Under the pieces are notes generated by a model. That model saw only the letters and a list, made by a program, of their open reading frames with translations. It was not told where the DNA came from and ran no database searches. A stretch of 51,723 nucleotides of DNA, counting the filler, from Stramenopiles sp. TOSAG23-2 (taxonomy: Eukaryota): assembly GCA_900128395.1 (NCBI GenBank). It is 3 parts of 3 records of this genome, joined end to end, with 100 filler letters (N's around TTAATTAATTAA, not from the genome) between each part and the next. Parts side by side here need not be neighbours in the genome. Positions count along the whole stretch, not along the records: positions 17,298 to 34,463 come from LT649657.1; 2 more parts are not named here. One strand, written 5' to 3'. The stretch's first letter is position 1. Each line of letters starts with the position of its first letter. The translations under genes and the position numbers were made by a program. This document shows, piece after piece, positions 21,142 through 32,151 of the stretch.

Positions 21142-21197
21142 AATGTTCATATATATATATTTTCATGCTTATATATATATACGAGTAATAAAATTAC

Positions 21198-22907
21198 TCA
21201 CCTACGTTTGCTAAAATTATTATCCGTTTGTTCAATAAAATTTCTCATAAAAATGCAAACTCTAATTAAATTTCCTGTACTAATTCGTTCATCTATACCA
21301 TGAAATAATTTCGTCTCTTCATTTGTTATACGTATTGGATTAAAACGGTAAATATTATCTGTCACTTCCCAAAAATGACGACTATCACTATTTGCAATAA
21401 ATAAACCTGGACCAACAGATGCTTCTGGATATTGTGCATGGACACAATTTTTTAACGTTTTAAATGCATTTGTATTTGAACTTGATACAGGTGATGGTCT
21501 CAATGATTTGACCACATCGATTTTAACCCTTGGATCATCAATTACGTTTTTATCATACTCCAATACCTTTTCCAATGTATCACATGGATGTATACGATGA
21601 TTTATAGTAGCATTTGCTTTGCCTGGACATACATTATGTTTATAACCACTTTTAAAAATGGTCAAAGCAGTTGATGTACGTACTAATGCAGCTGTTTGTG
21701 ATTTCTTTTCCAAAATCCATTTCACTAATGGTCCAAATAACCATAAATTCACCATGATATAACGCATGTAACCAGTAAATCCAGTCGATATCAAACTAAA
21801 AAAACTTTCTGCAACACCAACAATTTTTCCAGGTTTTGGATTCTTTTCCAATTTGGACATAGCACGAGATAATATACCAATCGGACCTTCCTTTGGTGGA
21901 AAACTACTATGTCCAGGCGCAGTTGTTACACTTAAATTTAATGTCATGTTTCCTTTTTCACTACAACATATTAATGCAACTGGCCCTGGATGCCCACCGA
22001 TTGCATGATCAATTACGAATAAACCTTCATCCCACATAAATTCAAATGGTTCCTCCGTAAATCCATTATCAACAAACCATTCCGATATTTTCTTCGCTCC
22101 ACGAAAACCACCTACTTCTTCATCATGGCCTAATGCTAAATAAATACTACGTTTTGGTTTAAAACCAGATTGTATTAAATCTTCAAAACATTCCATCCAT
22201 CCTACTACCATATGTTTTAAATCGATTGCACCACGTCCATAAATATTGTCATCTTTAATACGTCCTGAAAATGGATCTTCCGACCAATCACTAGCAATTG
22301 CTGGCACAACATCCATATGCGCATATAATAAATAGGGCCTTTGCGTATCATCTTCCGTTCCTTTCCAACAATAAATTAGACTATAATCATTTACTACATG
22401 TTTTTCAAATGTTTTATGTACGTTTGGATACGTTTGTTCTAAAAATTTGTGCAATTTTAACATTTCACGATAATCAGCCTCTTGCTCTGCATCTTCGTAG
22501 TCATAGGATACAGTTTTATATCTAAGTGCTTCCGACAAATGTTCTGCAATAACATTTTTCTTTTTTAAAAATCTTCTAGTGAAATCTTTTTTAGACAACT
22601 CATCTGCCATTTTATTACGTTCACTTGCTAATAATTGTCCACCAGGTAATAACTTTGAGAAACTTAATAAATATTTAACAACGGAAATACTTAGCAGATA
22701 TACTATTAACCGACCAAATGTTGGAAAATATCGAAGTATATATCGCGATAAAAAATTTCTGTCGTAATTTAAATATCTTAATATAGATTTTAAAAATCCT
22801 GCTGTCAATCCAGTATTTATTATATACCTAATTAATTTAGTATATTGATTATTTGCAGAAGGTGCATCTATAACTAATTCTTGTTTTGCATTATGATCTT
22901 TACACAT
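21198..22907 (-). CDS. M20 metallopeptidase, PM20D1/Gly-Xaa carboxypeptidase-like
   Basis: AHMDVVP, GRGAIDLK, GHDEEVGG, DEG, GHSS, SDSRHF, FHGIDERI; N-terminal hydrophobic anchor. Confidence 0.93.
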   Translation of the reverse strand: MCKDHNAKQELVIDAPSANNQYTKLIRYIINTGLTAGFLKSILRYLNYDRNFLSRYILRYFPTFGRLIVYLLSISVVKYLLSFSKLLPGGQLLASERNKMADELSKKDFTRRFLKKKNVIAEHLSEALRYKTVSYDYEDAEQEADYREMLKLHKFLEQTYPNVHKTFEKHVVNDYSLIYCWKGTEDDTQRPYLLYAHMDVVPAIASDWSEDPFSGRIKDDNIYGRGAIDLKHMVVGWMECFEDLIQSGFKPKRSIYLALGHDEEVGGFRGAKKISEWFVDNGFTEEPFEFMWDEGLFVIDHAIGGHPGPVALICCSEKGNMTLNLSVTTAPGHSSFPPKEGPIGILSRAMSKLEKNPKPGKIVGVAESFFSLISTGFTGYMRYIMVNLWLFGPLVKWILEKKSQTAALVRTSTALTIFKSGYKHNVCPGKANATINHRIHPCDTLEKVLEYDKNVIDDPRVKIDVVKSLRPSPVSSSNTNAFKTLKNCVHAQYPEASVGPGLFIANSDSRHFWEVTDNIYRFNPIRITNEETKLFHGIDERISTGNLIRVCIFMRNFIEQTDNNFSKRR

Positions 22908-23321
22908 ATTGTTCTTCTTGTTTTATAAAATCTATTTGATTGTAATAGAATATAATGAGTGATGATATATAATATTACAATGTCAATATTACAAGTATCT
23001 TCTTTCAATAATGACATGTATACATATATTATACATAGATTGACATTTTCTATTTCTCTCTGTGTGTGTATCATTACTAATATTTCTTCTTGGTGGTGCC
23101 TTGTTGTTTATATAAATAAACATTCATCTTCTTCTCATTCCAACTCATCTTCTCTACATATCTCTCCTCTGGTTGGCGGTGGAAAATAATGAAATTGAAA
23201 ACAAACCCAAGTATAGTCGTCAAATATATGACAAAAAAAGAAGAAAAACAATAATATCATCAATGTAACAAAATCATACAGAATAATAATAGATATTAAA
23301 ACAACAGATAAAAAAAAAGCA

Positions 23322-23738
23322 ATGACTTCCTCTGGAAAAGATGAAAAGAAAGAAACCAATGATCAAATAACAACACATCATCACCATCATTATGTCACAG
23401 GAATTATGCCGAAAATTTTATTTTTCATTCATGATAAAATTTATGGTGGATCACTAATTGGTGTTTTTGGATACTGTATAGAATGGATTTTGGAATTAAG
23501 CCATGTATCAACTCGCCTTCATAAATTTCTGCATCATAATCGTTATATAAATGTAAACAAGATGGGATTGCTAGCCATTACTATGATAATTATTGGGCAT
23601 TATACTGAACATTTACATCAAGTGGATGAAAATGTTAAACAAGATATTGAAATGGCACAAAATAAAAAGGAAGATGATATGAGAACAAACCGTATTGTTG
23701 CATTGGAGAGACGATTATCAATCTTAGAATCAAAATGA
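23322..23738 (+). CDS. Hypothetical small membrane protein with a C-terminal coiled coil
   Basis: 138-aa ATG ORF, His-rich, two hydrophobic segments, ends in RIVALERRLSILESK. Confidence 0.6.
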   Translation: MTSSGKDEKKETNDQITTHHHHHYVTGIMPKILFFIHDKIYGGSLIGVFGYCIEWILELSHVSTRLHKFLHHNRYINVNKMGLLAITMIIIGHYTEHLHQVDENVKQDIEMAQNKKEDDMRTNRIVALERRLSILESK

Positions 23739-23900
23739 GGTTAGTTCTACAGAGGATATGTGTGGGTATAATATATCTAAAATATAAAATATACGAAGTC
23801 GTACTGTCGTGAACTCATCTCGTCTTTTTTTCAAAAATATTTTTTATTTTATTTAATTTTAAAAATAAAATATATGCGATCATAACGATCAAATGTTTTT

Positions 23901-26900
23901 TTATTTTTTACTACTCTTCAATTTAGCAAATGTTGCTTGAACATTTGCTAATCGTTCATGGAGACTTTGAATACCACCACCACCACCACCACTACTACTA
24001 CTTGTGGTTGAAACAGAACCAGTGCGTGAAATATGAACATTTTGAGACAAATTGCCGCTATCATTTCTAACTTCAGAAATACCACTCATTGGTGCTTGAC
24101 CAATTGTTACCGATCCAGAGCGATGGATATGAACTTTCCGTGGCACACTACTTGGGATTGCATTGCGTATAGACGCTAACTTGGAACTTGCGGATGATAG
24201 ATAAGGCTTCATAGTTGAATTGTATGGACGTGAAGAGTAAGACGAAGACGTGCCAAATGATGAACCTGATACCATAGGTGTTGCACCAGGGGTTTGCACA
24301 GGCAAATTTAATCCACCACGCGGTGGTGATATGGCAGATTCAACTCGTCGTAAGGATTGTGATAATTCCATGATAGCTAAATCTTTCTGTGCACCGCTTT
24401 GTGTATCACTGGATAATTGCTGCTCCAGTCCATCAATTTTTGATTGTAACACAGCTTTTTGCGCATCGCCAACCGAACGTGCTTCAGATAGGCTGGTACG
24501 CAGTTGTCCTATTTTCCTGCTGGTGTCCATCTGCGATTCATTTAACCGGCTATTTTCACGTTTTAATGTGTCGATTTCTTGCTGGTATTGGAATTCCCGT
24601 TGTCTAATTTCTTGATTCGTATTTCTAGCACTGGATAGTTCACTGCGAGCAGTTTGCAAATCATTTACTAAAGAATCTCGTTCTCTTTCCATGCTTGTTA
24701 CTCTTTCCATTAATCCTTGCAATTCATTTTGCGCACGCCTATACGAATTTGCTAATTCATCCTTTTCACGAACTGTCTGTTGGAGTTGGGTCTCTAATTG
24801 ACCACGTGCATTTTCTAATGCACGTACCTTTGACGTTGCATTTTCACCATCCATTTCTGCTTGTCGTAATTGATTTGTTAATCGCTCTTTTTGGTGCACG
24901 ACTTGCTGATAATCATTTTGTAATGAGTTAATTGAATTTGTTATTTCATTTTCCATTTGTGATTGTGCATGTTGCATCGTTTGTATCTGATTGCGTTGGT
25001 CATTTACCGTATTCCTAGCAGCATCTAATTGTTGCTCTAACATTTTTTTCCTTTGCTCATTGTCAGCACTTCGTCGTTCTATTAATGACATTTGAGATTT
25101 TACTGACGCTAAGTCTGATCTACATGTAATTAACTCAGATTCTGTCGTTGCTAATGTTTTTTGTAATCCGGTTACTTTCGCATCTACGTTACCTAAATTA
25201 TCCGTTGCTTGTGTTTTTTCATTTCGAAGGCGATCAACTAATACTTGGAGTTGATGGCAACGCTCCGTTTGAGAGGCTCGATCAGCTTCACATCGTTTTA
25301 ATTCTTGTTCAACCGCTTGGTTTTGTACATTTTGATTTCTTAAATAACTAATTTCTTGTCGAAGCATTTGCGACTCTGATGTTTTTTCAGTCCTTAAATG
25401 CGATACTTCCTCCTCCGATTGTTTCAAACGACTCTCCATATTAACAAATTGGTCTATTTGCAAACGTAATGTTTGCACTTCCCCTTCCAATTGATACACT
25501 TGCTCTTTTGCCCCTCTTAATTGTTCTAATTCAGATTCAGTATTTTGCAGTTGCGTATCGACGCTCATACCATGCGATACAGTCATTTGGACCAATGTAG
25601 TAATATTGCGAACACTGTCTCGTACCCCGTCTACAGCTGGTGTAACAATAGTACGACTTGGGGTTCCAGGAGTACGACCACGTGACTTGGATGGAGTGTA
25701 CAGACGTCTTGATGACGATGGTGTTTTTGTTGTAGTACGGCGTTTCATAAATTCGCTTACGGCTTTGTTCGATCCACCATGTCTGCTGCATATATCATCG
25801 ACAGATTGTTGCAATGTGCGGCGTATGCTTTCAACTTCCCCAGTCAACGAGACAACGCTGCCTTCCATCAGTTGCTTTTCGTTCGTAGCTCTTTGCAAAC
25901 GGCCTTCTAAATTGCGCACTTGAGCTTCTAATCCTGACACTTGCGTTTCCGCAGAAGAAAGCGCATTCTGCATAGACATGCGAACACTTGATACAGATGC
26001 TTCTTCATTTCGCTTAGCATCTTCTAATTCACTTGTTAACCGTTCTAACCTGGATCTTTCCTGCTTTTCTTGTTCAAATGCACGGCTTAATTCATCCCCA
26101 TCTTTAGTGGAAGTTTCCAACTTAGACTTCATTTCCGCTGAAAATGTTTTCAATTTGTCACGTTCTGCCTCTAAGGAGGTAATCTTTTCTAGCATAACTT
26201 GCGTTTCTCTTCGATTTTGTTTCGTCAAAGTGGTAGCATCTTCTGCTGCCTCGATTACTTTTTTATTTAATTCATCTCGCTCCGTAATAACATCTGCATG
26301 TTCCTCACTTAGCTGTTCGAAGGAGGATTTCATACGTTCAAATTCTTTCGTGGTTTCGTTAAACATACTTTGTAAACTATCGCGTTCCCGTGTGGATGCC
26401 GACAATGCTTTTTCAGTTGATAATAAACGATCTTGAAACCTCGCAATTTGTTGTCCGTCACTCTGTAACGATTTCCGTGTCTCCTCCAATTCTTCTTTCA
26501 AGCTGCTTACGTCATTATTCAACATATCAATCTGTGAGTTTTTATCACGCAGTTGACCTTGCAATCCTTCTGCTTCTGATCGTGCCTTTGAAGCTTCTTG
26601 CTCTGCCTCATGTTGTGCAGCACGTACTTTATCTTGCAAGCTACGCAATGAATGGATTTCATCATGTAACATTCTTGAACCAAGTACTTTTTCTTTCCTT
26701 TCCATTTCTAAATGTACTTGAGATCCTTTTAGCTCTGCGCAGACATCCCTGTAAGCTGAATATTGTTGGCGGACAAAATTTGATAACGTTGGGCATAATT
26801 GTTGTAAAATTGGTGAACTTGACCAATGTCCAAATCGTTTCAATAAATCTTCATTGCTTTCATTGATGATATTCCTATCGTCATTATTGTTGTTCTTATT

Positions 26901-28982
26901 CCTATTCTCTTCTTGCTCCTTTACTAACGTTTCAAGTTGTTGCAATTCATTATCAACACGTTCACCAATTTCTTTATAAGAACGTAACGTAGTTAATTCG
27001 TTTTCAGCTACTTCTAATGCTTTATTCATATCTTCCATTTGTTTTTCCACTGTAGTCTGATTGCCAGTTAAATCCTCAAGCAATTTCGCCATACGCTCTT
27101 TATCGATTTTGTGTGTCGCATTTGCTTTTTCTAAATCTTGTGATTTTTTCGTCTCATTGGCTAAATTTGTTTCAACCGATGAACAATGCTCATTCAAACC
27201 ATCTAGTTCAGATTGAAGCATTACATTAGCGCTTTTCATCGTTTCAAGTTCTTCTCGTATACCTTTCAATGCAGCTTCTAAATCCATCGTTGCTTGCTCG
27301 TGTCTAGTTTCCATTTTAATAGTTGTCATGCTAAGTTCTTTTTGTAACGATGAACGTTCTGAATTTGCGATAGTTAAATCTTTTTGTAAATCTGAACATT
27401 GACCATGTAAATTTTCCAGTGCAGTCGATTTTTCACGAATTGTATTTAATAATTCATTTTGTATTTCTTGCATTTCGATCATCTCATCCGAACGTCCATT
27501 AACTTGGTCTTTTAATCGACTATTTTCAGCAATTTGTTTCTTTAATTTCTCTTCTAGCTGCAATGATTCTTGTTTTAATACAGAAATATCGCCTTTAGCA
27601 TTTGCTAATTGTGTAGCTACATCCTTTTTACTGTCCTCCTCCTCTTGGAGTTTCATTCGCATATCCTCCGCTTCCTTCAATGCTTGGTCTTTAATGACAC
27701 TCTTTTCTTGATTTGTTGCTTCTACTTGTTTTGCTAACGCCGTAGTACGTGATACGGTATCTTCAACGTAATCCAACAAAGCAGTTTTTTCTGTCTCTAA
27801 GTTTTTGATACGTTCATGTAACGACACATCGCTTGAATTAAACTTTGCTAGCTGCCCACTTAACTCCGTTACGCGTTCCAAATGACCTTTCTCGCGTTCA
27901 CGCGCCATCGCTTCACGTTTACGAATATCATCCATTTCAGCTTCTAATGCAGCAATCGATGCATTTGATCTTTGTGATTCACGATGATGAGCTTCCACAC
28001 GTCCTCTTAAACGTGCTAATTCTGCTAATAATTCCGCATGTCCTTCAAGTCCTAATTCACCAGCTTTAACTTTCAATGCAGCTTCCAATGTAGCAACATA
28101 TACTCGTTGTTCCTCATTCAAGCGAGCTTCTTTTCGTAACGATTGATTTAAAACATCATTTTTCGACTTCAATTCGATGCTTTCACGTTCTGACATTGCA
28201 AGTTGACTTTGCATTCTACCATCTGCTAACATAGCAGCTGAAGTATTAGTCTTTCCAAATTTAGACCTCGCATTTGGCCCGACGGCAAAGCTTTCCAGTT
28301 CTACCACTCGCCTTGTCAATTGCTCAATTTTACGCCTCTGCGTCGTAATGGTTTTGTCACGTTGAGGAACCGTTTGCCTTAACTCTTTCACTTCTTGTCT
28401 TAATTCCCCCGTTCGTTTCTGAGCTACATGATATTGTTTCTTTAACATTTCATGAGCACTTTGAAGATCTTTGTTTCCTCGTCTACTATTACCACTTTTT
28501 CCATAACGTGAACCGGTAAGGACGCCAAGCATTTCTTTAGTTACTGGAAATCGATGATTCGGATCAAAATCTAAAATACGCTTCTCACATAATTTAGCAT
28601 ATTGTTCAACAGTTTCAAGCGTCGTTTGTGTTTGTAAAAGTTTCGAGGCTTGCTGTTTGATTTTATTGGTTAAACGTAAACTATTGTTATTACTATTGCT
28701 ATTGTTGTTGTTATTGTTATTATTGTTGTTGTAATTATTAGTAGTATTATCAAATCTATCTGATCTATGAGATATCGCACTTATATTATTTGCTTCACCT
28801 GCATTCATGACCGTCACAGAGCCAGACCTATGAATATGGACACGACGTTTATCTCCACCACTATTTATTAAGCTAGTTGGGACATCTAGTTGGGATATTC
28901 CTAAACCATCTTTAGATTCGGAAACATATTCACCACTATCATCCACTTCATATCCACCATCATCATTTTCTGGCAATTCCAT
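23901..28982 (-). CDS. Large coiled-coil protein (~1693 aa), probably cytoskeletal or centrosomal
   Basis: Long E/Q/K/L-rich heptad ORF. First ATG is at 28982 (the track starts at a TTG, 28997). Confidence 0.88.
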   Translation of the reverse strand: MELPENDDGGYEVDDSGEYVSESKDGLGISQLDVPTSLINSGGDKRRVHIHRSGSVTVMNAGEANNISAISHRSDRFDNTTNNYNNNNNNNNNNSNSNNNSLRLTNKIKQQASKLLQTQTTLETVEQYAKLCEKRILDFDPNHRFPVTKEMLGVLTGSRYGKSGNSRRGNKDLQSAHEMLKKQYHVAQKRTGELRQEVKELRQTVPQRDKTITTQRRKIEQLTRRVVELESFAVGPNARSKFGKTNTSAAMLADGRMQSQLAMSERESIELKSKNDVLNQSLRKEARLNEEQRVYVATLEAALKVKAGELGLEGHAELLAELARLRGRVEAHHRESQRSNASIAALEAEMDDIRKREAMAREREKGHLERVTELSGQLAKFNSSDVSLHERIKNLETEKTALLDYVEDTVSRTTALAKQVEATNQEKSVIKDQALKEAEDMRMKLQEEEDSKKDVATQLANAKGDISVLKQESLQLEEKLKKQIAENSRLKDQVNGRSDEMIEMQEIQNELLNTIREKSTALENLHGQCSDLQKDLTIANSERSSLQKELSMTTIKMETRHEQATMDLEAALKGIREELETMKSANVMLQSELDGLNEHCSSVETNLANETKKSQDLEKANATHKIDKERMAKLLEDLTGNQTTVEKQMEDMNKALEVAENELTTLRSYKEIGERVDNELQQLETLVKEQEENRNKNNNNDDRNIINESNEDLLKRFGHWSSSPILQQLCPTLSNFVRQQYSAYRDVCAELKGSQVHLEMERKEKVLGSRMLHDEIHSLRSLQDKVRAAQHEAEQEASKARSEAEGLQGQLRDKNSQIDMLNNDVSSLKEELEETRKSLQSDGQQIARFQDRLLSTEKALSASTRERDSLQSMFNETTKEFERMKSSFEQLSEEHADVITERDELNKKVIEAAEDATTLTKQNRRETQVMLEKITSLEAERDKLKTFSAEMKSKLETSTKDGDELSRAFEQEKQERSRLERLTSELEDAKRNEEASVSSVRMSMQNALSSAETQVSGLEAQVRNLEGRLQRATNEKQLMEGSVVSLTGEVESIRRTLQQSVDDICSRHGGSNKAVSEFMKRRTTTKTPSSSRRLYTPSKSRGRTPGTPSRTIVTPAVDGVRDSVRNITTLVQMTVSHGMSVDTQLQNTESELEQLRGAKEQVYQLEGEVQTLRLQIDQFVNMESRLKQSEEEVSHLRTEKTSESQMLRQEISYLRNQNVQNQAVEQELKRCEADRASQTERCHQLQVLVDRLRNEKTQATDNLGNVDAKVTGLQKTLATTESELITCRSDLASVKSQMSLIERRSADNEQRKKMLEQQLDAARNTVNDQRNQIQTMQHAQSQMENEITNSINSLQNDYQQVVHQKERLTNQLRQAEMDGENATSKVRALENARGQLETQLQQTVREKDELANSYRRAQNELQGLMERVTSMERERDSLVNDLQTARSELSSARNTNQEIRQREFQYQQEIDTLKRENSRLNESQMDTSRKIGQLRTSLSEARSVGDAQKAVLQSKIDGLEQQLSSDTQSGAQKDLAIMELSQSLRRVESAISPPRGGLNLPVQTPGATPMVSGSSFGTSSSYSSRPYNSTMKPYLSSASSKLASIRNAIPSSVPRKVHIHRSGSVTIGQAPMSGISEVRNDSGNLSQNVHISRTGSVSTTSSSSGGGGGGIQSLHERLANVQATFAKLKSSKK

Positions 28983-29734
28983 GGTTTTAAATTTCAAAAG
29001 TTAATTATATTATTTGTTGTACGTGTCGTATATTTTTAAGTCTTGATTGTTCTTTTTTCATATTTTTATTTTGTATATTTATATAGATATGGATATACAA
29101 AAACAATATATATTGTATTTTTAACTTATATATTTTATTCTTCTTGTATAAAAGGCCTAAATTCAAACAACAACAACAATGATGTGCCAATCTCTCATCA
29201 ACAAATTACTATTATTTTCATAACGACGACAAAAAAATGCAATGATGTGTTCATCTAATTTATATTTAAAAAAAATACAAGTATATATTTTTGTATTCTA
29301 ACGATGGTACAACCACTTTGTTTCCTTAGAGCCTTTGATTGTTAGCATGCAATAGCACTAAAACACAAGCTATTATAAAGCTAGCTCTCTATAGCTACGG
29401 CGGGCATGCGGGCATACAATAAACATTTGTAAGTTATAGCAGCACCGCAGCATATAAAAAAAAGGCTACATAGTGCCATACAACAACAATATACAAGTAT
29501 GATGATGATGCAAAAAGATGAATTTTAGGATCCACAATTTAAATCCAATAGAAATAAATTAATGAGAAGAGCAATAGTAAATAAGTTCACCAATAATGGG
29601 TTTGGGTAATTAGAATAAGAAACAATATTACCCATTCATGTATATATCTATATATTAACAAATTAATCGATATATACGTTTGACATATATATATATATAT
29701 TAATATATACACATACATACGCATATTTTATAAA

Positions 29735-30313
29735 ATGGAAGGATTGCAAGATGCAATACAAGATGCACAATATATGGGAGAAATGTGTGATGATACACCT
29801 TTACCAATGACACGGTTGGAGTTACCTTTACGTGGTGATGTGGATAACTATCGAGATGAATTAAAAAATCAAAAGCCGCAAGATCTTACTTTTTTAGGTG
29901 TTATAAATCAACATATTGGACTTTGGTTCTTTTCAAAATTTTTACAAAAACAAGGTGCTCAAGAAAGTTTAGATTTTTTAACTGATGTGGAACATTATCG
30001 CATTTTAACACGTGATAGTCTTCGGTATGATTTTGCTAAAGAAATTGTTGGACGTTTTACGACATCTAATTTAATTGCCAATCATAGTAACGGTAATAAA
30101 CTTACAGATGCTCGTATCAGGCGTTCGGATATTTCTATTTTATATCGTCGTGGCCGGACACATCGGTATGCATGCATTCGGCATATGGAAAACGATAAAA
30201 CGTTAAGCAAGAAAGTAAATACAGTTTTATTAGCACAAAATACGGAAGTAGAAGTTATAGCCCCAACAACAACGACTGAAACCATTGCTACAAGCACAAC
30301 TGCTACTACCGAC

Positions 30314-30354
<41 letters not shown>

Positions 30355-31810
30355 AGAAGATAGTAATACTGCAGGAATCATGTTAAGTAATCAAGCGGTA
30401 AAAGTGGCAAGTAATGGTAAGAATTCAATTTCACGAAGATTAATAGCAGGAATACGTGGAGATGTTATTGATAAGCTTTTTAATGAATTTTCTTTTTTAG
30501 AAGCAGCTATATCAGATGTATACGATAAAGAAGCAAGAAAAGTTAAAAAAACAGCATCTAGTAATGCTATATTATACGAAACAAAGAACATACCCGTCCA
30601 ATTATTTGATTTTTTACAAGCTGTCGTACTTGAAAAATTACGTAGAAATTATTTTCATTTATTTGTAAAGTCAAATGATTTTTTAAAATATTTGCAATAT
30701 AAATTATTAAGTGAACAAAAATTAAATGAAAGTGATTTTGCTATTTTTCGTAAATTAGGCCGTGGTGGTTTTGGTGCTGTATATGCATGTAAACGTATGA
30801 ATACTGGCCGTTTATATGCAATGAAAGTGATGGATAAACGTAGATTAAAAGAAAAAAAAGCATTTAAAGTTTTACGAAATGAGCGTAATGTATTGGAAAA
30901 AATAGATTCGCCGTTTTTAGTATGTCTATCGTATTCCTTTGAAACACGAAATGATGTGGTGTTTATATTGGATTTAATGCAAGGTGGTGATTTGCAATTT
31001 CATTTAAGCATGCGTTCAAGACAATGGCCAATGGATCGTGTAACATTTTGGGCAGCACAAATTATTTTAGGATTAGAACATTTGCATGAAAAAAATATTG
31101 TATATCGTGATTTAAAACCAGAAAATGTATTGCTTGATCAATATGGTAACTGTTGCATTTCTGATTTTGGTTTAGCATGTCCAATGCCTGGCAATGGTTT
31201 GAAAGGTAAATGTGGAACACGTGGATTTTGGGCACCTGAAATGTTAAAGGGTGGTGGTGAAAGATATTTTCTAACCGTAGATTGGTGGAGTTATGGTTGT
31301 TTATTGTACAGTTTTATACATGGTAAATCTCCATTTCGTACATCAAAAGCAAAATCATTGAAAAAAGAAAAAAATGAATCAATCGATCATGCAATTTTAA
31401 CCATGGATGTTGAATATCCAGAAAAAGAATTTACGGAAGATGCATCAGATATAATTTCTAAACTTTTAAATCGAAATCCAAAAAAAAGACTTGGACAAGG
31501 AGGTGCAGTAGAAGTGAAACGACATATATTTTTTAATACGATGAATTGGGGTATGTTAGAAACAGGTAATGTGGAACCGCCATTTATACCAGATAGAGAT
31601 ATTAATGCTGCATCACAAGATGACATTGGTGAATTTACAAAATCAAAAGCTGAATTGACAAAAGATGATGTAGAATGGTTTAAACGGATGGAATATGCAA
31701 GTTCATCAAATGTACAAAAAGAATTTGTTGAATTTTTAAAATATGAAGATGAACATGGGCCAGTTGAGTTACAAAAAGAAGTTGATGTTGGTTGTTGTGT
31801 GGTGGTTTAA
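29735..31810 (+). CDS. GRK: G protein-coupled receptor kinase (RGS-homology + AGC kinase) with C-terminal CaaX
   Basis: N-terminal helix LQDAIQDAQYM; RH domain (IGLWFFSKFL..LDFLTDVEHY); LGRGGFGAV, YAMK, YRDLKPEN, SDFGLA, GTRGFWAPE; ends in GCCVVV. Confidence 0.92.
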
Positions 31811-32151
31811 AAAATTTACGCGGTTAAAATATAATATTTTTGTTTTGAATTTTAGAAAAAATATATAATTTTAAACACACCGCTCCTGTAAATAATTAAA
31901 ACAAACACACGTGCATTTCATTATTTCGTGTTACGGGATATGGGACATTATGATAGTGTGTTACATTAAAAAATATAAAGAGTGTACTCGTATTAAAAAG
32001 TATAAAAATTCTTGCGATTTTGAGTATCTTGAGCATATTACTTAACACCAGAAGTGTAAAATTTTTATAACTACGATAAAATACCATATTTTTATGACAA
32101 AAAATACTCTCTCTCTCTTTATGCGTGTATGATCTATATAGCGTAAATCAT

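Noticed and set aside
24250-28069. Many antisense and alternative-frame ORFs inside the coiled-coil gene (and similar ones elsewhere, e.g. 41900-42193)
   Set aside because: Shadows of codon bias and low-complexity tracts, often with non-ATG starts and no motifs.
30314-30352. (AAT)n tract in the GRK gene
   Set aside because: Poly-Asn tracts occur in many genes here; a general genome trait.
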